Virus record (IMG/VR): IMGVR_UViG_3300048925_000129
Length of the DNA stretch: 64,000 bases
DNA from: a virus
Direction: 5' to 3' (one strand)
Shown here: positions 57,016 to 64,000 of the stretch, piece after piece
Layout of the letters: each line of letters opens with the position of its first letter
Numbering within the stretch: position 1 is the stretch's first letter
Position numbers and translations under genes: made by a program
Notes under the pieces: model-generated
Databases searched by the model: none
The model's input: the letters and a program-made list of their open reading frames with translations, nothing else
Told to the model about the DNA's origin: nothing

Positions 57016-57909
57016 CTAAAGAGCCCCCACCATTTGATTAATAGAATTAAAAACTTTTGTATCCAGTGCTTTCTGATCTACAAAATTCTTCTGCAATTTC
57101 CCATGAATTAATTCATTGAAGGCAGAGTAAACAAGCCATGCATTAGGCTCTGTTCCTGTGGCAATAGCATCACGGATCACAATGTCATGCACAAGCTGTG
57201 AATTAAGGGACGGAGAGTCATTCTTATCTGACTTATCAAACCTGAAAACTTTGTCCTGCTCATTCAGATCCTTTATCCAGTCAAAGATCTGGCTTTCATC
57301 AATGAAACATACTTTCATCTTATCAATCTTATCTTTGATAGAGTACATTTCATTATCTAGAAAACGTTTCACAATTTCGTCAATCTTTGGGACAAATGTC
57401 TCCATGTTTCCCTTAGTTGCTTTGATGGAAAACTCAATCTGTGTGTGAGTCATATGCATACCATTGTTACAAACCTTTCTGAAAAATCCCAGATACCCAG
57501 CTTTCTTCAATGTACCGTCATAAGAGTTTGTTAATCTTATCATTGGTACAATGGTATCATCTACACCTGCCTGAGTGTTGCCATTGATGGTGATGATCTT
57601 ACTTTCATCATCCAGAATGTAGTCTACATAGAAACGGCTTTCCTCAAGGTTAAAAGAACGTTGTTTGTAGTTTATATTCTGCTCAATGAGTTCGTGTTCC
57701 ATTCTGCCGAAAAAGTCCTTATTTGGTAGCAATCCGTAGGTCGGTGAGCCTGTGTGTACCACTGTACCATTCGAGATAATTGTTTGTGACATTTTCTTTG
57801 CCACTGGCATACCTCCAAAATAATCAGAGGTTGGCACTGCAATAACGTCTCCATAGACATTATCATTCTGGAATTCTTTGTTTAAAAAAACTGTTTCTCT
57901 TGGTTTCAT
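57016..57909 (-). CDS. DUF932 family protein
   Basis: NSYDG......GFFRKVCNNG and AWLVYSAFNE motifs. Confidence 0.8.
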   Translation of the reverse strand: MKPRETVFLNKEFQNDNVYGDVIAVPTSDYFGGMPVAKKMSQTIISNGTVVHTGSPTYGLLPNKDFFGRMEHELIEQNINYKQRSFNLEESRFYVDYILDDESKIITINGNTQAGVDDTIVPMIRLTNSYDGTLKKAGYLGFFRKVCNNGMHMTHTQIEFSIKATKGNMETFVPKIDEIVKRFLDNEMYSIKDKIDKMKVCFIDESQIFDWIKDLNEQDKVFRFDKSDKNDSPSLNSQLVHDIVIRDAIATGTEPNAWLVYSAFNELIHGKLQKNFVDQKALDTKVFNSINQMVGAL

Positions 57910-57923
57910 AATGATGTAATTTA

Positions 57924-58691
57924 TTAGTGTTGTAACATTCTACAAAATTCTGTAAAAGTAGGAAAGGTTAATGAAGGTCTTCTACCTGTTGTGAATAATG
58001 GTGAAGATTTAAGATCAATTAATCTGAAAGTTGTACTTTCAAGTTCAGGCTCTGGAATGGGATCTTTCTTAGGAATCTCCTTTTTAAAATTAAAGGTAAC
58101 AGTTTTTCTTTTACTGTATCTATAATTACCCTTACCTTTCAGGGCAGAGAATCCGAAGTCAAAGATCTTTATTTTACCATCAATGTAGGCAAGATTACGT
58201 GGTGGATTATCCCAACACTTCATACCCCATCTTTTGTAAAGCTTCAATATTCTGTCCATCTCATTATAAAGATGTTCTACTAATGGAGTTCTATTAAGAA
58301 ACAAAGGAAAATTTAATTCCTCCTGCTCACCACTCAAAATATCTCTAGTATCATTCTCACTGCAAAGTTCCTCCCAGATCCTTTTAGCTGTTCTGTCAGG
58401 TGATTTGTCAAGTGGTGTAACATGTTCGGAGACAATTAGATACAGTTCCTGAGTTCTGTTATTTTCCAGTACGTTGAATATTCTAGTCTTATATACTTTG
58501 ACAAAACAGTCAAACCTTTTGCCCTCCTTAACTAGCTTGGTAGCCATTAAGTAGTCATCCAAATCACGGGTGATTTTATAAACCCTGTTCTTATATAAGA
58601 AGGCTTCTGCAAAGTTGCCACTGCCTAAATACTCAATAAGATCACTATTTACTTTTAAGTACTGTGCTAATATTTCTTTTCTATTTGCCAT
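57924..58691 (-). CDS. Protein kinase-like enzyme (phage Ser/Thr kinase)
   Basis: Gly-loop LGSGNFAEAF, VYK, catalytic loop DNPPRN, IFDFG. Confidence 0.82.
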   Translation of the reverse strand: MANRKEILAQYLKVNSDLIEYLGSGNFAEAFLYKNRVYKITRDLDDYLMATKLVKEGKRFDCFVKVYKTRIFNVLENNRTQELYLIVSEHVTPLDKSPDRTAKRIWEELCSENDTRDILSGEQEELNFPLFLNRTPLVEHLYNEMDRILKLYKRWGMKCWDNPPRNLAYIDGKIKIFDFGFSALKGKGNYRYSKRKTVTFNFKKEIPKKDPIPEPELESTTFRLIDLKSSPLFTTGRRPSLTFPTFTEFCRMLQH

Positions 58692-58926
58692 AATACTATG
58701 TTTTTTGATGTTTACAGGCTGGAATACAGAGGGGAAAATTTATCCCCTCCTTTTACCAGTCAAAATGATTTTGGTTAAAAAATTATTGCTTCCCTTTCGT
58801 CTTCTACAGGCTCAGGATATTCTTTTTCAATTTCACTCAATGCAATTTCACCTGCAATGATAAACTCTTCTCTTTCTATTTCTAATGATTCTAGTGACAT
58901 GATATTTAATTTTTAGATTATACAAT

Positions 58927-59751
58927 TTAATAAGCACTGTGAGGCAATGTTTGAACCTCTTCAAACTCTGTGCCGTCTTCTCTTAATTGGTGATAATATT
59001 CAGCTAATTGTGAGGCTACCTGATTTAATTCAGGAATAGTTTTCCAGTCTTTTATGGTGCAATCATTCTTAATGCTACCCAACATACCACCACCCAAATA
59101 ATGTTGGTGTGCTGTCATACGACCTGCAAAACCGAAGTCTTTTAAGTCAATCTCTATTCCACCCCCACGGCTCTCAATTTTAAGCCTTAAAGTGTTTTCT
59201 TTGAACTGCTCAGGAGTTATATTTTCTGCCATGATTTTAATCGTTATATGTTACAGTGTACCCGAATTTCTTTGCACGGGCTTCTATTGCCTTTTTAGAT
59301 GAGTTCTTTATGTTTAACCATTCAGCCGTTTCTTTCTGGTTAATAAAATGTCTACGTTGTGAGATTGAAGTCTCAATAGTTACTTTATAATTTGTCATAA
59401 CTCTATGATTTTAACAATTTCGTATTCTAAGTTAATGCCTCTGTACTCTTCTGTAAAAGGCTCAATTTCTGTTTCAGTGAAAAGTGCTGCCTTTCTACTT
59501 GTATACTCAGGAGTAACACAATGATACATGACTGCAAATTTATGCTTTGCTGTCTTATCATTACGAAGATCCCAAAGATAGTCATTATAAGGAAATAACC
59601 AACGTTTGAAGGCAGAAGGTTTTGCATGTCTGTAATACTGTTTACCACTCTCAAAAACCATTCCATTATCATACGTTTCAGCCTTGCCAGCCCAGCCACC
59701 AAAGCCCCATGCATTACAAGTGTTGACCTTCTCTGTTTTAATTAGTTTCAT
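58927..59751 (-). CDS. Two early hypothetical genes (58927-59232, 59395-59751)
   Basis: ORFs with A-rich start contexts. Confidence 0.55.
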
Positions 59752-60094
59752 GACCTTTTATGTTTGAGTTATACCAATTAATAAAATCTATTACTGTATT
59801 ATATATTATACCAATTTCAATTGTAGAAAGTGCATAATAAATATTAGATACCCACTCATCTAGGTCATTCTCTGAGATTATAACATCACATTTTTTAGCT
59901 ACTGGCATAAGCCAGTCCCATGATTTATGATACTCTAATGTTTTGCCCCTGCCCAGATCAATAGTGTTGTGATAACATACACCATGAAGAGGCAACCAAA
60001 TTTCATTCTTATTTAAATTCAGTCTACCTTCTCCATTCAATAAACCACCCATAAAATGGGCAATTAACAAGTTATTTTCAATGATATTATCCAT
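59738..60094 (-). CDS. Paralog family NxLIAxFMG...SWDWLM, copy 4
   Basis: NNLLIAHFMG...YHKSWDWLMPV...FINWYN. Confidence 0.75.
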   Translation of the reverse strand: MDNIIENNLLIAHFMGGLLNGEGRLNLNKNEIWLPLHGVCYHNTIDLGRGKTLEYHKSWDWLMPVAKKCDVIISENDLDEWVSNIYYALSTIEIGIIYNTVIDFINWYNSNIKGHETN

Positions 60095-60276
60095 TATTAA
60101 AGGTATTTACATCTGTTTAACATATCTTTGTGCTCTTCATAGGTTCCAATAAAGTAATATTGACCCCTAGAAGTGTGCAATTTAGTCACCCCTTTTGCAG
60201 ATAGACCAAACACAGGCAATAAGTAATTATACTGCTTTTCTGTGATCTTATATGAGTTATCCCGTGCCATGATATT

Positions 60277-60903
60277 CTATTTAAAATCGGTTTTATTATT
60301 TCTGAAATAAACCCATGTAGCAGACTGTACAATTAAAGGGCTTACATTTAGTTTTTCACCTGCCTTTTGATAAGCAGATACAAAGAACTCGTATTGAATT
60401 TTAGTCATACCCTGATAAAAATCATCTGTACATACTACACCCGTGGCAATACTCAATGCATGTCTATCAATGGTGATATTATCTCCATTGTTTGGGTGTA
60501 GAATATTCTTACAAAAGGCTGTTATTTTTCTACCATTAAGGATTTTATATGTTTGCTCTTCACTTTGTGCAAAATCCATAATTAATTGAGCCTTTTCACA
60601 AAATTGTCTCATGTGAGAACGTTGTTTGCCTCCTGATTTAATAAACAATTCTGCAATCCTTTTATTATCGTCCCATCTTTTAACAGGTGATAAGGCAGCA
60701 ATTACACCACATGCAACAAACAACTGTACATTATATGTTTTACTCAAATAGATGGCAAAATTGTGTGCCTCCTGATACCAGTCATATTTATCTGATTCAC
60801 TGCATAACATAAAAACAGACATGATATTTTTAGTTACTTTGTTAAGAGTGTATGACTTATGTTTGTATGTAATTTTTGGCATGGTTTTAAAATTTGCATT
60901 CAT
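60277..60903 (-). CDS. HhH-GPD/glycosylase-like phage protein (DUF7178-like)
   Basis: WY..A, GVIAALSP...W..N, G.KITAF..NI, TIDRH, QSATW. Confidence 0.7.
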   Translation of the reverse strand: MNANFKTMPKITYKHKSYTLNKVTKNIMSVFMLCSESDKYDWYQEAHNFAIYLSKTYNVQLFVACGVIAALSPVKRWDDNKRIAELFIKSGGKQRSHMRQFCEKAQLIMDFAQSEEQTYKILNGRKITAFCKNILHPNNGDNITIDRHALSIATGVVCTDDFYQGMTKIQYEFFVSAYQKAGEKLNVSPLIVQSATWVYFRNNKTDFK

Positions 60904-60919
60904 AATATTATCTTTTATT

Positions 60920-61614
60920 GTGGGTGTGAGCCGACCGAACGGCTCTATCCTGTATCATTACTTTAATCTGTTCTTCGTTGGGTAAGACCTTCAATCCTAG
61001 AAGGCACTTCACATTAATTTCATGTGTGAGAATTATCCCCTATGGGAACACCCGTTGCATATTTGCTTTAAACACGTTATGTCCGTGCTGATAAAATCAG
61101 ATTTTCTTAATAGTCCTGTGCCTCTTACTGCCATTTACTAGAGCTACACTTTTCAGCCGACAAAAATCTACGTATTACACCCCCTCAGAATTTGCCATAA
61201 TTCTTACCTCATGTAATATGTCAGCCTATTACTAAAAACCTGTGCAATCCCGTTGCACTCCTATTTATCCCGTTGAATTCAAAGACCCCGACCTTTACAG
61301 GTGGGAAAACCTTTACTCTTTAGTTTGTTACATTCTGTACTCTGGTAGGTATCCATTCTCTTTAACATTGTCATGCATTAGATTTTCTAATGTATTTCAT
61401 TCACCTACAATTTCAAACAGTAACGACTTTATTAATCCCAATACTCAAACATTAAACCCGTGAGGGCTGATGAGTTAATCTATTTTATAAAGTCCTAAAT
61501 TTCAAAGAATTCTGCTCTCGGTTTTATCCTACGTTTCAGAGTTTTTATAAGTCTTATAACTATTATATAGTAGCCTGACTGCCAGTGACTTATTTATTGT
61601 CTCTCTGTGTTTCT
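60920..61614 (-). ncRNA. Candidate large structured ncRNA or early leader RNA with boxA-like element and 3' tRNA-like domain
   Basis: No minus-strand ORF in the ORF track over ~700 nt after the promoter at 61619; many nested inverted repeats; TTCTTTGAAA at 61500-61509; GGGTGT/ACACCC stem plus GAGCCG-TTCGGT-CGGCTC arm at the 3' end. Confidence 0.65.
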
Positions 61615-61618
61615 ATTG

Positions 61619-61680
61619 CAAAGTTACAATTAAATTTTAAACCACCAAATAAAATGTAAAAAATTTTTTATTTATTTTTT
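61619..61680 (-). promoter_or_regulatory. Strong early promoter with AT-rich UP-like tract (second candidate promoter at 61752-61782)
   Basis: TTG-N19-TAACTTTG preceded by A/T tracts; no TTAACA box. Confidence 0.75.
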
Positions 61681-62140
61681 AAAACCCTGTGTTTATCAGT
61701 GTTCCCGTGGTTTTGATGTTTAAAAACTATTGCTCTGTCGTTTTGACATTGCAAAGATGTGAAATTAAGTAATACCAAACAAATCCCCTGTTTATAGGCA
61801 TTACAGAAGAAAAACCTCTGGAAAAGCCCATGAATAGGGCTATCAATTTTTGAAAAAAGATTTTAAAAAATTTTATCTTTTTTATGTAAGTGACTGAAAA
61901 TCAGTGAGAAAAATTTCATTTATTTTTTTGGTCTTGTGTGTTGTGAGTGTTGAATGTGATTAAAACCCTCAAAAATCGGTAAACTCTTACTGAAATAAAC
62001 AGGCTTATATAATACTATACAATAGAACAAACAAAGAACACACAGAAACAGCCCTAAAATCGTTTATCTTTTTAAAGTAATATAAATACCTTACTAAATA
62101 GATTGAAGGCTTAAAAGAGCTTATTTGATACCTTAAAGCA

Positions 62141-62172
62141 CAAAAAAAGGCTCACATGTTAATGCAAGCCTT
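62141..62172 (-). terminator. Intrinsic terminator
   Basis: Minus strand AAGGCTTGCAT-TAAC-ATGTGAGCCTT followed by TTTTT. Confidence 0.8.
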
Positions 62173-62194
62173 AAAGATTTGTTTCAGATAGTGT

Positions 62195-62535
62195 TTAGCA
62201 GAGATTATATATAGTAAGACTAATAACAGTTAACACAATAAAAGCAAGCCCCAATAAAACTAACTCTGTTTTAGATTCCTGTTTATTATAGACCCATAAG
62301 CCCGTTAATTGATTAAATTCAATGTCACAATATTGTGCATGTGGGAAAACCTCTAATAGTTCGGAATAGCTTTTAAATGATGTCATAATATTTAATTTAA
62401 GATTAATAAACCCTTTTTAGTTAGTACGTATTGGCTGTAGGTTATTTTAGTTATTAAACCCATCTTTGTTAATGTGTATATTTCTGAGCTGTTTAAGTAT
62501 TCATTGTTAACCAGCTTTGTTAATGATGCCTTCAT
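62195..62535 (-). CDS. Two-gene mini-operon of small proteins (62392-62535; 62195-62386 with C-terminal TM helix)
   Basis: Flanked by -7 element TATCTTTG (62573-62580) and terminator (62141-62172). Confidence 0.55.
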
Positions 62536-63674
62536 AAGGTGTAGTAGTTTGTTTAGTTGTTTCTTAATGGTGCAAAGATAAGGCATTTAGAATGTAAACC
62601 AGCATAAACCAGTATATTTTTTTATCAATCTGCCATTTGTAATTGATAAGTTATTGATTATCAGTGAGTTAATATATAAAATATTAGATGTGTGGCTTTA
62701 CAAGGGCAAATTATGAAACTTTCAGTAATTATTGAAAGTTCAATAAGTTTTAGAACTCCAACCCCCTTACAAAGGACACACCCCACTTTTCACCACCATT
62801 TAACCCAATTAAAAATAATAATTACATTATTCGTAACGAAAGTGAATAAAAACCTGTAGACTAAAGATAAAACCCCGTGAAAAAGTTAGCCTCAACAATT
62901 TATTTTGCAATAAAATAATAGTTTTGTTGTGAATAATGCAATGAATTAAATGAATTAAACAGGCTTTAAACCCTGTAAAACAGGGGTCAAGCCGAGCCCG
63001 ACCCGTGCCCGTGATGTGGTTTGATGTGTTGGTGTGTTTGTATGCCTTTGGTTTTTGGTCAGTATGATTGAACCGATTTTCTTATGTGTGAAGCTTATAA
63101 GCATTTAGAATGACATGACCAAACTATTTAACCATAAATTTAAAACTTTAACACTGTTCTATTTAGTTTCAGAGAGATAAGCCCCCGATTTAAACACATA
63201 CTGACAAATTAAAGTGTTAAAAACATATCTCACAGGCTCAAATAAAGCCTCAATTATTTATTATGTATTATGTATCCACCCAATAAGAGTTAAGCAATTT
63301 AAAGGCAATTTGGAATACACAATAGCAATTTAGTTAAAATTTGTTAAAATCAATTTGCAATTAAAATTATTATTCAGACTAAATATAAATAAGTCATCAC
63401 ATTTGTTTTTGTCAGAATGTCGAAATGGACTTTTCAGAATATCACATTGTCACCTCTCACGGCTGCCCCTGAGAAGAGATAAAACCAGAAAACCAGAAAA
63501 ATAAAAACTCAGAAAATTAACTTTATTTAGACTGGATAAAAATCCCTGACAAAAGGTCAGTTCCTTTCATGGGGGTGTGCCAAAAAGTCTCGATTGGGTG
63601 GGGGTATGTTTTCTATATGGGTAACCGATCTACACATATAATGGAGTTTTACCAATTACTACTGAGGTATCACC

Positions 63675-63705
63675 AAAAAAGAAACCCCTTTGATGGGAGG
63701 GGTAT
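63675..63705 (-). terminator. Intrinsic terminator
   Basis: Minus strand ACCCCT-CCCATCAA-AGGGGT followed by TTCTTTTTT. Confidence 0.75.
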
Positions 63706-63709
63706 GTTA

Positions 63710-63955
63710 TTATTCGAATAACCAGTCTGGCAGGATCACTCCTCCCTGCTGGTAGTTTTTCTTCAGTACAATGTTTGGAAAGTTGGCTCTTTTTCTGATA
63801 CTCTTAAACTTGTCACTCTCCTCCTGCATTAGCTTAGGTCTGTCAAATCCTAACTCATCTAGCTGAGGATATAGCTCTCCTAACATTTCATCCATCTTCT
63901 CCTGGCTACCAAAGAAAGGGTACTGCTTTGCTTCATTTGTGCTCATTCCATTCAT
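63710..63955 (-). CDS. Hypothetical protein (may begin upstream, beyond the window edge)
   Basis: ORF ends just before a terminator. Confidence 0.5.
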   Translation of the reverse strand: MNGMSTNEAKQYPFFGSQEKMDEMLGELYPQLDELGFDRPKLMQEESDKFKSIRKRANFPNIVLKKNYQQGGVILPDWLFE

Positions 63956-64000
63956 AGGGATAAACCCGTCTTGATAGGCTTCAAATTTTTTACCTTCCTG

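Noticed and set aside
60920-61053. Bona fide tmRNA
   Set aside because: Only ~130 nt lie between the paired ends, with no tag reading frame or canonical GGGG/CCACCA termini; kept only as a tRNA-like domain.
3403-61463. Plus-strand ORFs and short alternative-frame minus-strand ORFs in the ORF track
   Set aside because: They overlap well-supported minus-strand genes or the structured RNA, lack recognisable motifs and look like antisense shadows.
1-64000. Stop-codon reassignment as in some Bacteroidota phages
   Set aside because: Conserved enzymes are full length in the standard code, and TAA, TAG and TGA all appear as gene ends.

Overview
A 64 kb, AT-rich, gene-dense segment of a large dsDNA bacteriophage, probably lytic, whose host is almost certainly a Bacteroidota (Flavobacterium-like) bacterium. 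The host call rests on about 15 TTG-N19/20-TAnnTTTG promoters, A-rich Shine-Dalgarno-less starts and a class Id-type ribonucleotide reductase. Essentially all genes are on the minus strand, the standard genetic code fits, and no structural or integrase genes were recognised. Reading in the direction of transcription (right to left): (1) a mostly non-coding 60.9-63.7 kb block with strong promoters, a boxA-like element and a ~700-nt highly base-paired leader RNA ending in a tRNA-like acceptor/T-arm; (2) an early, host-takeover-like region with an HhH-like protein, a protein kinase, DUF932, a PemK/MazF-like protein and several expanded paralog families; (3) RNA repair and translation-rescue genes (RNA ligase, CCA-adding enzyme, Pol-beta nucleotidyltransferase, Pth2, Pnkp) with free-standing homing endonucleases; (4) replication and nucleotide metabolism genes (RNase H, PolA, exonucleases, Toprim protein, NrdAB, thioredoxin, MazG-like, HD hydrolase); (5) a complete envelope-spanning operon (two coiled-coil proteins, a membrane-anchored solute-binding protein fused to OmpA, an outer-membrane beta-barrel, an ABC permease and an ABC ATPase); (6) an NAD/ADP-ribose module (NAMPT-family, deoxyribosyltransferase-like, ADP-ribosylglycohydrolase). 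The most unusual signals are the large structured ncRNA, three tRNA-mimic elements lacking a canonical anticodon arm that sit just before start codons, a TTAACA-N5-TTAACA box at nine promoters (four fused with hairpins), and the phage-borne ABC/OmpA operon. All calls come from reading motifs by eye; no searches were run.
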